Positions 1-13,735 of a DNA stretch of 64,000 nucleotides are shown here, in pieces. This DNA comes from Octopus vulgaris. Taxonomy: Eukaryota. The stretch covers positions 173,662,001 through 173,726,000 of the forward strand of contig OX597815.1 of assembly GCA_951406725.2 (NCBI GenBank). The letters run 5' to 3'. The notes under the pieces were generated by a model. The model was not told the origin of the DNA, did no database searches, and saw nothing but the letters and a program-made list of their open reading frames with translations. Position 1 is the stretch's first letter. Each line of letters starts with the position of its first letter. A program made the translations under genes and the position numbers.

Positions 1-1268
1 GAGGTGTAGAAAGGCTTAAATGTAATTCTCCAATGTTTCAAAGGGAAGATATATCTTTAATTTTATGTATTTATATAAGTCACAGTACTGAATCTTTTTA
101 ACAAGCCTACAATAATTTATTGCAGGCTGGAAAATAACTAAATAAACTATATTACTTATTTGTACCAAGTTTTTTGATGTAAGAAGGACAGAAAGCAAAA
201 TAACTTACATAAGATTTATAAGGAACTTATGTGTGATTTCATTATGAAGCTTATACATACAAATATAAATTTATTATCTAGAAACATTCCTTTCTTGAGT
301 AAAGGCCTTTTTCAGAAGCAGAGAAAATTTGGCGACTATGAGTAAGATATTGTAATGCACTCTGTCTTCTTTATAGCACTTACCAATTACATGGCTCGTA
401 CAAACTGTACTTTATTTATAGTAATCAATTTTCACATCAGTTTATTACAATATTACTAAAATATTGAGAAAAGACTTCTATGTCTACTTCAAATATCAGT
501 CTGATAAAAAAAAAAATTGATTCACCTCTTTTTCATTCAGATCCGATTTAAATTCAGATTAAAATAATCATAATATATTTAAATGAATTGACCTAAATAT
601 GAGAAACATATCAGGTTTGGATTAATTGTGAAAGAAAATTGCATTAAAATATTCCATTATTTAAGTTTGATTTCATTTCATTTGTCTTCCTACACTATTC
701 AGAAAGAACAAGTGTAGAAAAGAAGAAAAAAATCAAGAAACTCTTCTTAAAGGAAAGATTTGTATTCACTAACAAATGTTATATATAATCATAGTGAAAA
801 ATACTTATGGGGAAAAAAATGGGCAGTGGGATGTAAAAGTTAATGAGAGCTGACTAGTTTATAAGCCCATATAAAATGGCGACAACAGTCTATTCTGTTG
901 CTAACCATTATACTATAGGTGCATCCTATAGTTGATATTTGTTTTGTCTTCACTTCCCTCTTTTTATAAATCCGCCTCATCCAACCAACTCAGGTTTGAA
1001 CATTTAATCATATAAGTTCAGTTCTTCTCAGCCTCATTCAGAATCAAATACTGATCAGTTTTGATTAGTGTAAAATGTTAAATTTACATCAATGTTTTTT
1101 TTTTTTTTAAAGGGTTCAATAACAACAGGAATTCAATCAGTTGCCATTGATTTAAATGCAGTTGAATCATTATCATTACAGACAAAATTTTCATTATATT
1201 TAAAAATAAATCCAGAATAATTTCCTAAATATTTATTGGAGAAAAATAGTGGAAATTAATCAGCTTAA

Positions 1269-1799
1269 CCCTTTTGATGCAAATGTGTTTGAGAATGTCT
1301 GATTTTATAATTCAAAACAATCTAATTTTGAAATGTTTGTAAATATGTAAAAAAAACTATTATGATAGCACAACCGTGGCTGAGTGTTTAAGAGACTTGC
1401 TTCCCAACCATGAAGTAATGGCTTCAGTCCCACTGCACAGCACCTTGGGCAAGTGTCTTCTACTATAGTGTTGGGAGTGGATTTGGAAGTCACAATTTGA
1501 AAGAAGCCTGTCATGTATGTGTATTTGTCCCACCACTGCTTGACAACTGGTGTTGGTTTGTTTATGTCTCCATAATTTAACAGTTTGGCAAAAAGAGACC
1601 TATAGAATAAGTACCAGACATTTAAAAAATCAGTACTACAATTGATTTGTTTCACTAAACCTTTTCAATGCCTTAACATGGCTGCAGTCCTATGACTGAA
1701 ACATACAAGATATGCTCCAAACACCAAAGCCTAGATTATTTTTCAAATTAATTAAAACACATTGACAGTGTATGTCATTAGAAATACGGCAAGGAAGGG
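1269..1799. mobile_element. piggyBac-type MITE with a nested SINE
   Basis: Ends are TTAA-CCCTT...AAGGG-TTAA (TTAA at 1265-1268 and 1800-1803). The interior is interrupted by the SINE at ~1368-1712. Confidence 0.55.
1368..1712 (+). mobile_element. tRNA-derived CORE-like SINE (family A)
   Basis: Degenerate A/B boxes (GTGGCTGAGTG...GGCTTCAGTCCC), CCTTGGGCAAGTGTCTTCTACTATAG core and CATGGCTGCAGTCC...TGACTGAAAC tail. Homologous to the copies at 9243, 47894 and 61467. Confidence 0.8.
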
Positions 1800-4474
1800 T
1801 TAAATTATTTTTCATCATCACTATTATTATTGAAAGTTAGTTTCTCCATTCTGGATAAATTACATAGGCCTACAATGTTTCAGAATATTTCTATTTTAAT
1901 CCTAATTCTCACATATCTGCTTTTCCTTTCCTTAAAAAAAAAAAAAAATTACAGCATTGCATGCACACCTATTTGTTGAAAGAAAGAGATAGCTATATCA
2001 TAACTATGTTTTGAACACAGACAATGTAGCCCTTATTAAAATGCTTAACAGAAAATTGCAAAAAATAAAACTATAATCGTTTTCTCTTCTTTCGTGTTTA
2101 ATTTCCTTCCAACCCTATATTAATAGATACATTCTGCATGTCATGAATTATTAGTAAAGAATATTTTCATACTATATTGAATTAAGAACATTCACTTCAA
2201 AAATTCATTAAAAAAGTATTCTTTATAGAAAGAAATATGACAATGAAAGACATGAGATCATTTAAATGATCAAGTAAAACAGTAAAGCATTTCTTACGAT
2301 ATTACAGGTACTTTAAGAAATAATACTACAATTAGGCTATAGGTGATATAGTATTTTAAAGAAAACACTATGTACTATGTAAGATTTGCTCCAAGTCAAT
2401 AACAGCCTTTAAAACTGGATGAAGCTAAGTCACAAAACAGACAGAATTATATAAAAAGAACATTTAGGTTAACAAGCATTGCTTTCTAGAGGAATATTGG
2501 AAGTCTATAAATTCCACAAGAATTAGCTTCAATATTCAAGGAAATAACAATAACAGCATAAAGATTTTAAAAAAAGCAAGTAAGTTCTACCATTTCAATG
2601 CATATTCTATTCTACCACTTTCAATGTGGCATAATAGACTTGTGTTAGTGGTTCCTAATAGAAAAAAAAGTATTTGTCTAATTAGTCTTTTATGATTGTG
2701 AAGCCAAAACTGGTTACAGCAATGTAGAGAATCTTGGCAACATTTCATGACTTTGTTCTCTAATGAGAATCTCTTTGCAAGAGGACATCATTAGCTAGTG
2801 GGTTCACTGTAGTTAAATTACCTAGCTGTGGCCACTTAGAAAATACTTGTTACTGAGTTTGATGTAACCTGAAGTTATAATTAAGATTTTAGTTCTGGAT
2901 ATAATTCTTTTTAAAGAAATATGCAAAACAATATGAATGAAACAATATTACATGAGTGTGTGTGTGTGTGTAACATGACATACTCACACACATATGTAGA
3001 GGCATTTTTAGGAGATAAAATAAATAAAAAGTATGAAATTCCGTAAAAATATCTAAAGCTTAACAAACAAAAAGATGTATATGAAATCAGGCCTTTTTTT
3101 CTTTCCATCCAAAAATGGCAGGCCAATAGATTTGACTCAATCATCTTACAAGGTTTTCAATTAATACAATATGATTATGATGTAACTTAAGGTGTTTTGT
3201 TTCAAGTTCTTCCCAATTTAGGAGTCTTTTTAAAAAAAAAAAAAAAAAAGCAAAATATCGATAATCATTTGTAACCTCTGAAGTTCCTTCTATGCATGCA
3301 CTACACCAGTCAATAGATTACAACACATTCTACATTGGTGAGCCACCTACGAGGTATAACATATATCTTCAAAAACCAGATAAGTTATAATATATTGCTT
3401 AAACATCAAACAAAAACAAAAAGCCAAGATAATATGAAAATAATAGAAGATACTAAAATTCATTAAAAATTCCAAACAACAAGTAGTGAAAAATGATAAA
3501 TGCTATCCAATTCACAAAACGAATCCAACTCTCAATAGAATGCGATAGGCAAGGTATGGCAGGTGAAAAATTACAACTGCTATTGACTCATTCATGATTG
3601 TGGGAACATTGTTCAGATGAAATGTGATGTCACATAACACCAGCCATGGCTGATGGTAAGTTTACATTCAAAATACTCATCACTGGCATGATGTAGAAAA
3701 CAGAGCACTTATCTTCAAAATGAGTGCTGAATACTTGAAGGATCTTTTTAAACAAAGCATTACATTCTGTATGTATACACTGGATGAACAGTACAATTAA
3801 ATGTAAAATTCACATATGGCATGGAAGAGGAGTAATGGCTAACTGTTAAATCTGTGTTTTAGTTATACACTCAATATAACATGTCTCTAAGCTGTGTGTG
3901 CATGCACACATATGTATCTATGAAAAGGGCAGAAAAGCTTTAAGAGCTCTAAAGACTTCCTTTGTTGGGTTTCTCAGTACAAGGCTGTAAAGTGTGACTG
4001 TAAAATGTGGTTAGGTGTAGCATTAGGAGAGTTGTAAGCATTTTACTCCAATTATACAGTGTATGGGGGTGTAAAGACACTCAGTAACAATGACCAGCAA
4101 TATTTAAATATTGTGAAGGATGCCAAAAGATAAATACAATAATGAGGCTTAAATTGACTTTAAATCATAGCACATTAAATGTTTCATAAATTATTAAATC
4201 TCTTGTAAAATTTTATCAGAAAAATATGACAACTTCATGAAAAATCAAATACAAAAGTTTGTAGGAAATTTCAATTATAAATCATGAATTTGCAGAATCT
4301 GCAGAAAATCTCAATTTTAAATCTTGACTTTTACATTTCTTGTTTAACCTAAGAGATAATCTTTCTGAGCATTCATAAAGAACTTTTATTTTTTTAATAA
4401 TATCACATTCTTAGGAATATTACTGATTATTTTCTAATTTATAGATCAGTGACTAGTTTTCACTTTGAAAGCTA

Positions 4475-4616
4475 TATATTTTGAACAGGAATTTGGCAGC
4501 GCCACCTCTAGCCAAACAATTATTCTGTGCTGATGAAGGGAAATAACCTAGAAATCGCGATAGAGATATTGTTTTGAGCCAGGTGGGGGTGCTAGATTCC
4601 CTTGTTCGAAAATATA
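4475..4616 (+). ncRNA. Degenerate type-I hammerhead-ribozyme-like motif capping a long imperfect hairpin
   Basis: CTGATGA (4530-4536), short stem II, GAAA (4551-4554), palindromic ATCGCGAT, then A. The flanks form an imperfect inverted repeat of about 50 bp. Confidence 0.45.
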
Positions 4617-4936
4617 AGGACTTGGATCACATCATATAGTCAGCTGGAGACGATGTCTCCTGGGGCTTTATTACAGCAACATTTGTCCTAAACCAGGACT
4701 ACCATATTATCTTGGCAAACAATCTGTACTACAAAGTACTGTTGCTGAATGTCTCACATTGTGAGATTTAAAAATGGTAATTTTCTACCATGAATTAGTT
4801 GAATAAGAAAAGTATGTATTATGAAATCACAAACATCAGTAAAATTTTTTATACTGTGGATACAAAATGAGTACATATCCAAAAAGCAATGTTCATATAA
4901 GTTTAATGAAGAACACCTACTAGTAATATGATGATG

Positions 4937-5041
4937 ATATATATACACACACACACACATTATATATATATACACACACACGCACACACACATATATATA
5001 TATGAACATACACACACACGCACACACACACACACACACAC
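4937..5041. repeat. (TA)n/(CA)n compound microsatellite
   Basis: Seen directly. Confidence 0.95.
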
Positions 5042-5669
5042 TCACATAATGTTTAGGAGTTAATTAGTTATTAAGTAACAGAATGTACTCTTTTAAATGA
5101 GTGTTTCTAAAAAGCTTTTTAAATTGTCACCCTCTTTTTTTGTTCACTCTCTTTCAATGCCACTCATCCTCTGCTTTGTTCAGCAAAATCAAATATGCTA
5201 CAAAAAGTTACTGCCAACAGATTGATTGCCATTAAAAGACTTAGACATAAGACATTTCATCAATATAATATTACCATACAATATACACAATATGGAAACT
5301 GAAAAGATTTTATGAAAATTAGGGCAATTAAAAGATGCATCTATTACCTCCCCTATGATCCCCTCTGTTCCCATTACCCATATAAGACTTTTCACTGATT
5401 CCCATGGAGTGATATCACCTACTTTGAGAGCTTTAATTTAAATTATCCAAAGACAGTGTATATCTATCAAATATTAAGTTAAAACTATTAAAATATATGA
5501 CTATTTCAATTCTTTTATAATATTCCACATACAAACCAAATTTCTCTAAGCAAATGAATATCATCAGCATCATTTTATGCTTGTTTTCAACACTGATATA
5601 GGTTGGATGGCTTATCAGTCTGATTCAGTTATTTTTTAGTTCCTAGACATAATTTAAAAAAAAAATTGC

Positions 5670-5723
5670 ATCATAGGTCTTTCCTGGGCCAAAGGTTCAT
5701 AAGGCTGGTTTCCTAGATTCTGT

Positions 5724-5774
<51 letters not shown>

Positions 5775-5922
5775 CCTGTTGCAGGTTTACTCATTTTTGT
5801 CAGCTGAGTGGAATGGAGCAATGTGAAATGAAGTATCCTGCTCAAGAATACAATATCAGGGGATCAAAATCATAATCATACAATCACAAGTACAACCCCC
5901 CTACCACAAAGTCACATGCCTC
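5670..5922 (-). mobile_element. Old tRNA-derived SINE (Meta/MESC-like core) with internal (TA)n
   Basis: The reverse strand reads CTTGAGCAGGATACTTCATTTCACATTGCTCCATTCCACTCAGCTG, similar to 22766-22900 on the + strand. Confidence 0.55.
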
Positions 5923-7014
5923 CTAGATTAGAGGGCAACAAATCACATGTTCCATTCTTTTTGTATGTTTTCTATGGCTGGATACTCTTCCTAAAATCAA
6001 GCACTTCACAAAGTATACCTGGTGTATTTTATAGTGACACAAGCAAGAGAAAGGGAGAGAGAAGATTGCCTTGATCTCTGTAAATTAGAGTTCTTTCTCC
6101 CCACTGCATCCATTTTCTTGAGGTAAGGAAGACTGATAGGGTAAATAGAGGAGAAAGAGTGAAAGCTAAGAAGGTGAGAGAAGAGAAAATATCAGAGTAA
6201 AACAATACAATAAGTTGCCTTAGTCCTTGTAAGACTAAAGAGTATTCTTTGTAGTCTCGGATTATTTAAAGTGACAAAGAGTGTGAAAATTAGAAAGGGA
6301 GTAATTACTACAAGGGTGAAAAAGACTTTGGTATGAGAATGATGGAAGAAACAGAGTGTTAAGATGGTAGAAGTAGAGAGATAGGAGACAGTGATAGATA
6401 CATATTGGCAGTTTGATAGGCGGTTAAATAGAAAATAATGTGATGAGATAGCAATAAAAATGTCATGTTAGGAGGTTAAATATAAAATAGCCTGGTAGGA
6501 TAGCATTTAAAGATGTGTCATGGTAGAAGAGTGCAAGTTATGGAGGTAAGAAAGATGATAAATAAAGTGGTTGATGTCAACTATAAATCACATGAGAAGA
6601 GAGAATGATAGTGGTAGAGAGTAATAACAGAGGGTAAAGAATACAGACAGATTCAATCCTTGTAACAAAAGTATAGTGTTGAAAGGGAGACAGAATGATA
6701 GAAGGGTGATAATGGAAAAGAGGTATAGTGATGATGGATTATGGTGGAGGGATCAAATACGGACTGACTCATTACACAGGTGGAATGTTACAGTGATTAG
6801 GAAAGAGGATGATAGAGAAGAGGACAGTAGGTGGAAACTTAACAGGAGAATTCTGAGTGAGCCACCACAGGATGGTATTACACATCCCTCAACCCCATCG
6901 CTTCCTCAATTATTTTAATAAGCAATTTGTCATTCTTACATTGGTGGGTAGATCTTCCCTACCACCACGTCACCAAATGGAAATAAAATGAAATTGTGAA
7001 AATCAGGAACTTAC

Positions 7015-7197
7015 CTCATATTGTAATTTTTGTTTTGCTAAAATTTCTTCAAATTCATTCCATTGCTGTTTAAGTGCATTCACTTTTAATGTAGCATCTT
7101 CAAGCATACCAATATCTGCCATATTCTTCAGTTGATTAGTAATGTCCAAAATAGAAGATAAAGCTCCTTGTCGTTTCAACATTTCATCTTCTACAGT
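7015..7197 (-). CDS. DMD: Dystrophin exon, 183 nt (about exon 35)
   Basis: Acceptor TTTCTTCTTCAG, donor GTAAGT. Encodes TVEDEMLKRQGALSSILDITNQLKNM...NALKQQWNEFEEILAKQKLQYE. Confidence 0.88.
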
Positions 7198-8464
7198 CTG
7201 AAGAAGAAAGCAAGTATATCATTAACCTACCAATTATAACAATAATTGCTTCTATGGTTATAGCTACATTTGAAGATGTAACAGAATAACTGCATGGATC
7301 AACAACAATTTCAATTAGAATTCTATGTAATTCCCTGGGTATTAAAATAAAACTTTTGTTTATAGTGTAGAGGGAAATATTTTGCAAGTGGAGTTTGTAA
7401 CTGAATTAAAATTGAAATTGAACATTACTAATTCTCTAGTTGCTTCTCTTCAAATTTACCGATAGGGTTTATGCATGTGAATTTAACTTTGAAGAGGGAT
7501 AAGCCCAGTTTGGCTGATTTGTCTATAACCCTGAAAAAAGTAAGCAGTACACACTGATTTAACAGGTCACGAGGCATTACATTCCTAATTAATATAAATG
7601 GAAAATAACTTTAAATAGTATTAAATTAAGCAAAATATCAAACTAAGTTATAAACTCTGTTGGTGATAGAGGCTTAACTTGCATTTATATTGATGCAGAG
7701 CATCCATATGAAAGTAAAAAACTATTTGTTAAAAAATTATGAAGCTAGATTTAAGGACATAGAAAATGGTAACAATTCCTTTTATTATTTTTCTCCATTT
7801 CCTTTGGCATACTTAACATCTACATACAGTTTCATCATCTCCTGATTAAGAATTTTAGAATCTATTGTTGTAGTCTTAGTGGGAGAAGACTTTACTGCAT
7901 ATTTTGACCAATCTAATATAGCAATAGAAAGAAATTTGCAGAAACTAGATGTAACTGTAAATGATGTAAACACTTCGAGAGTATATTTTAAAGATATTGG
8001 ATGTTGATAACAAGACAACTAATCTTCAGTGAAAAGTTTTTCTTCTCTTCAAAGTTATTTTTTATTAGTATCCATCACACTCTTATATGAATGCCTATCT
8101 CTAGGATGATTCATCTCTTACCAGCTAACATTATTTGCCTATGCTGCAAGCCACTACTACCTCTCGCCAGCTCTCTAGTTATTGACATTCATCAAACTCT
8201 CTCACAGCTGATTACTGGTGCAACTATCCCCATCTTTCTTTCCCTCATTACCATCTGCTATCAATGTTTCTCCTAATACACTGACATTGCTGTTTCTCTT
8301 CCATTACTCCATCTACCACTGCCTTTCCCTGTTCATTGTCCTCTTCCTCAGTCACTCCTATTAATGTTTTCCCTAATTACAATATTGCTTTTCCATTCTT
8401 ACCCAAATTCATGTTCACTAATTATCTTCTCTTCTATTTGCTCCATTATTCACATTGCTTTAAT

Positions 8465-8784
8465 CAGTGGTTCTCAACTGGGGTCAATATGGCCCCTGAG
8501 GAACCATATAAGATTTTGGGGGACCCAAACAAAATAGTAAATTAGGGACCCACAATAGCATTGATGTGTATGCATGCATTGGTTATGTATTGCAAGAAAC
8601 AGGTTTCTTTCTCGAACATTTTATATAGTTCAACCTACATGAGTTAATGTGTGAAAAACAATATAGGAATTTTGAAAGAAGTTTCTATAAAACTGTTTTT
8701 AAACATCAAATGGCTATGGAGGTCCAGAAGAATGAAATAGTAGTCAAGGGGTCCACAGATAAAAAAAATGGTTGAGAACCTTTG
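8465..8784. mobile_element. hAT/Charlie-like MITE (320 bp)
   Basis: TIRs CAGTGGTTCTCAAC ... GTTGAGAACCTTTG. The 8-bp flanks are degenerate (GCTTTAAT/CTCTAAAT). Confidence 0.7.
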
Positions 8785-9242
8785 CTCTAAATGAATGAGA
8801 AAACAGAATGTAGTGAGGACTCTGCTGTGCAAGGAACATGACAACCTCGCAAATGCTGGTGCCTTCTCATGCACTCACCACATATTGTAAAGTGGTTAGA
8901 GAATAAATGGAAACACATTTTCTGCTCACATAGAGATTAGTAGCATTTAGCCATTTATTTTGAATACAAGTTTGAAATAACAAAATTGACCTTTCATATT
9001 TGCACACTGAGCAGAAAATGATTTATGTTTCTGTGATGAAAGTTTAACAAAATCTGAAATTATTCAAATCGATTCCTCCTTTTGGCACATGTAGAGATAA
9101 ACCTGCAGTGTAATAACTGTTTACTTTTCATAGCTAAGCTAAATTGCATGTTTATTAAAACAGGGTTTAACTTACACTCACCTTTATAATTATATATATA
9201 TATATATTATCACACACACACTTCACATACATTAAGAAATAT

Positions 9243-9615
9243 ACTGTGGCTGTGTGGTAAAGAAGCTTGATTTCAAACCATGTGTTCTTTGGTTCAATCA
9301 CACTGGGCAACACTTTGGGTAAGTGTCTTGTACTATAACTCCAGACTGACAAAAGACATGTCAGTGGATTTAGTAGACAGAAAATGTGTGAAAGTCCATT
9401 ATATTAATGAGTGTGTGTGTTTTTCCCCACCACTGCTCGTAAGTGGTGCTGGCCTGATTACATTTCTGTAACTTAGTAGTTTGGCAAAAGAGGCCAACGG
9501 AACAAGTATCAAGCTTAATAATAAATACTGGAGTTGACTTGGTCGACTAAACCCTTTAAGGTGGTACTCCAGCATGGCTACAGTCCAATGAATGAAACAA
9601 GTAAAAGATAAAAAT
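9243..9615 (+). mobile_element. SINE family A
   Basis: GTGGCTGTGTGGTAAAGAAGCTTG head, TTTGGGTAAGTGTCTT core, TG microsatellite, CCAGCATGGCTACAGTCCAATGAATGAAACAAGTAAAAG tail. Confidence 0.8.
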
Positions 9616-12600
9616 AAGTAAAAATGGTTGTAGACTGAGCGTACACCTGAAGGGTGAAGTACATAAATATGACATAACATCACAAACTGATTTGTAGTGT
9701 ATCCTAGAGATGATATTTTGCTGTTCTGATCTTGAGTGATGTCATCTCTTATAAATGACAATCACACACATACACTAAATAAGGGAATATTTAAATAAAG
9801 ACTGACAATGAGCAAAGTAGAAAGGGATTGCTATTGATTTCGTCCTAATGCTTACTATATAAACTCTGCTGGCCTAATGATAGCTTCAAAACATCTATGT
9901 ATTTGCACACACATATGTGTGTGAGAGAGAGAATGAGAGATAGTTAAAACACAAGTTTGAATGAGTAAAAGAATTATGAAGTTTGTGTGATAATCTTTCA
10001 TCATGATGAAATGATAAACAGTTTAAAATACAACTTATATGAAAGAAAACACCTTTCCTTGCATTACATACAAGCGGTTACAAATAATTATTCTTGAATG
10101 CAACTTGACTATTGGGACTGATGTGATTGGCTACCCTCCTTCCCTAAAAAATTTCAGGCCTTGTGCCTATAGCAGAAAGGATTATTAATATTAAAGAATG
10201 AATATAAATTGATTCGGGATTGGGGTTTTTTTTTCATAGCTCAATCCCAATTATGATTTTCTCTCACTAAAAAATTTGACAATAAATAAAATAGAGCATA
10301 CAAGTTATAGAACTAGAATGTTTTACTTTGTGTTAACACCAGAAGCTGTTTTTTTTTCTTTTGTTTTTAAATTCATAATAAGAATACCCTAATAGGTTCT
10401 TGAAGTGAATCTACAGTTGTATAATAAAGTGTTTCATTACTTCATTTATGCTTCAGTATTATTTTGTCTCTGAATATCAGAAAATTAAATAACCCAATCA
10501 CTTCCTAGACATTCAGACAATTTTTGAGACAAAAAGAAATTGGTTTGAATTTTACAAGAATGCAGTAGATTATATAAAACTACAGCATATGCTCCTCAAC
10601 AATGTGAGCAGAATATTTTTACTAAATGATTTTCATATAACAATATAAGACATTCAATGACATAAAAAAGAAGAAATCTTTTGAGGAAATTAAATCATCA
10701 ATCAATGGAGGAGAAAATATTCATTTAATTGAGCGTGCATATATGTGCACACACATCATAGAAGCCAATATGAGAAACTAGAATTTAAGTAAATAAAAAC
10801 AGAATATTTTGAGCAGAGGAGGAGGAATTTTTTTTTAAAATTTTGTCTTGGTACATTTTTAAGTAATGATTGGCAAGTGAAAGCCATCTTGAATATAAAA
10901 AGAAAAATGAATATGGTTAAATAACACTAGAAATGACAGTTATTTGTTTATAAAATTTTATATTCATTCACTATATTGGCATAAGTTGGATCATTCATTG
11001 CAAACAAAACAACTGTAGTAATTAATTATTCGAGTAAATTTTGAATAATTTGAAGTTCTTCCTGACAGTAATCATTTGACTATATATTAGAATAGACCAA
11101 ATAAAACTAAATTTAGTACAAGTGTAAAGGAATAATAGATGTTACAATATCTTAGCCATCTGATTTGATACTTCCATAACAGTAAGGCACTTTTATGTAG
11201 CTATTTAAATAAGGTTGAGATTAAATCACAAATATGAAAGCAGTTGACGTATTTAAAGCAATGTAATGACACAACAACTATTGATGATAATGGTTTGAAA
11301 ATGAAATAAACCTCAATGTTCTATGCTTTGCCACTATGCAACATCAAACTTTGTACACAAGCATCATACAATTTGCCTCACATCTTGACTTGGAGAAAGA
11401 ATACTTTTGTTGGCAAAAGAAATAATAGCTCCCTGGACTTTTTCCACCTTGATTTACTCTAGCTATATGCTATCAAAATATTTTACATAACACTAGAAAT
11501 CAACTACTTCTAAGAAGCCTCCCAAGCAGTTGAAAAGAATATATTCTATAGGAGCAGTTACTGCTAACTACTCCTGTGCACTTTTTTACATTACATATGA
11601 AGTCTTTTTGTCTATCAATCAGCTTGATGGCACCTTTCATGCATTAGTAATTTATACTAGGTACACTATGGAATTCCTACATACTACTTTTCCTCATGTT
11701 CAGTTTGGTCACTTCTGAGATGGCTACATTTGCCTTCCTTCCTGCTTACTAATTTTTTTTTGTTTTTCATTGGTTTGTTTGCAGGATCATTAACATTAAA
11801 CCTTTGCTTCCACGTTTGGAAGATTTTTAATTATTTGATAGATTCAGCCATTAGAATTAGGCCATTGGCAAAGGAAAATTCTCATGGTCAATTTTAAACT
11901 CTGAAGTATAATATCAGAATATATGGAGAGTGTGTGTGCGTGGGGGGGGGGAGATTAAAAAGACCACATTATTAATGTAGAAAAGAAGTGAGATGATATA
12001 TGAATAGAATTTTGAGATACAATTAAGAAATGTACCAAGCTAATTTAAATGATTGGAACTTAGTAGAACTACATACACCCTCTTTAAGATGTTTTCTTTA
12101 CTTCAGGCAACAACATTTGATTTAAGTATCATAAATTTGCCTTTTGTTAGGTTCATGTCATAACCTATTTCAAATCAACAACTGGCTAATTACCTTTTGC
12201 ATATGGCCTTTCAATGGCCACACTTATGATTAAAGTATCTCAAATGCCTGGAAATAGGTGGAACAACTGCAGTGTGCAATTTGAAGTTCTTTGGAGTTAT
12301 TTGGCTAAGCAATTACTTATGATAATAACTTCAATATATTATTTTTAAGAAAACTTTTTTAATTGTTGCAATGTATGAAGCAAGTTATATTTATATTTCT
12401 TCATCTACAGATTGAAAACCATCCACAGTCTTTTATTTAATGTCTATCAGGAATTACTTTCATTTTTAAGTCCATTAAGTTGTCCTCAAGTGTCTCTTAA
12501 TATATTTTGTTCTTTTTCATGAGTTGAGTTAACTATTATTGTTCTTTATTTTAATTATATCAGAAGACCTCTCGTTGGTTACATGTTTATGCTCAGGAAA

Positions 12601-13213
12601 GGGAAAGTTTGGAAAGTCATAACTTTTTAGTAAATAAAATTTTAACCATTTAACATGTTTAAAACTTATGGAATCAACATCTTTTGGCAACTTCTGCTAA
12701 ATCATAAAAACACATTTCACAAACTCCCTTCAATTTTCTCCATACAGTAAGCTGACTTCCCCAATTCTGCCATGATAACTATGATTTATTCTTTGAACTT
12801 ATTTCTACTATGCTGGTGTCAAAAATAACTATCATACATCTCTTTGGCTCCAGTCCATCAAAATGGATACCATATCTTCTGAAACATTTTCTAGCTCTAG
12901 CTCTACATCCTTTGGAATTCTTAAATGACATTTCCCTCACCATGATTATTTAAAAATTAATCAAACACAATTTATGCATTGCACACTTCCAGTTATTAGC
13001 AGACTCATAAAAGAAGAAAAATAACTGAATAAATAAAAATTCCAAGTTTTTTGTTTTTTAATTTTATTTTTTAGTAGAACTGCCAGAAAAAGCTGGAACA
13101 TTAGGAAATGAAATTTCAGACAATGATAACATCATATAAACAATTCTTTGTTCCACATTCTTTCAAAAAAAAAAAAACAAAAGAAAAGGCCTTAAAAACA
13201 GACAAGTACTTAC

Positions 13214-13378
13214 AGAAATAAATTCCACTTCTTTATCTAGGTTACAATTAATATCTGTTGCTCTTTCATTTAACTCAATATTCCTGGTGGAAATAAATTC
13301 TTTTACTGAAATAACTTCCTTCTTCAGTTTTCGAGCTAATTTGACAGCTTTCTCTAAGTTTGATTTTCCTTGTGTTAC
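13214..13378 (-). CDS. DMD: Dystrophin exon, 165 nt (about exon 34)
   Basis: Acceptor TTATATAG, donor GTAAGT. Encodes VTQGKSNLEKAVKLARKLKKEVISVKEFI...CNLDKEVEFIS. Confidence 0.9.
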
Positions 13379-13534
13379 CTATATAATGAGAATTGTAAGA
13401 TAGCATAAATTAATGAAAAATACTCAATACATGTATCAGGAAAACATCTGTCAAATGATTATTGAAAATAGTTGGGTCTTAAAATATCATTTTATATAAA
13501 AAACATTACAACTCAAAATATTTCAAGTAAAAAA

Positions 13535-13735
13535 CGTCCGTGCTGGTGCCACATATAAAGTAACTGGGCTGGTACCACATAAAAAAGCACCCAGTACACT
13601 CTGTAAAGTGATTGGTGTTAGGAAGGACATCCAGATGTAGAAACTATGCAAGAAAAATGGAGCCTGGTGCAGCTTTCCAGCTCCTGTCAAACTGTCCAAT
13701 CCATGCTGGCATGGAAAATGGATATTTAATGATTG
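13535..13735 (+). mobile_element. RTE-LINE 3'UTR fragment
   Basis: AAAGCACCCAGTACACTCTGTAAAGTG...GGAAGGACATCCAG...CCATGCTGGCATGGAAAATGGA, homologous to the 19270-19440 tail. Confidence 0.7.

Noticed and set aside
384-404. Strong GTAAGT donor on the minus strand, possible micro-exon
   Set aside because: There is no pyrimidine tract before the nearest AG and there is an in-frame TAA. No dystrophin-like exon was found in 1-7014.
7785-8018. 77-aa minus-strand ORF near an exon
   Set aside because: No spectrin-repeat character, no convincing splice sites, and no recognisable homology.
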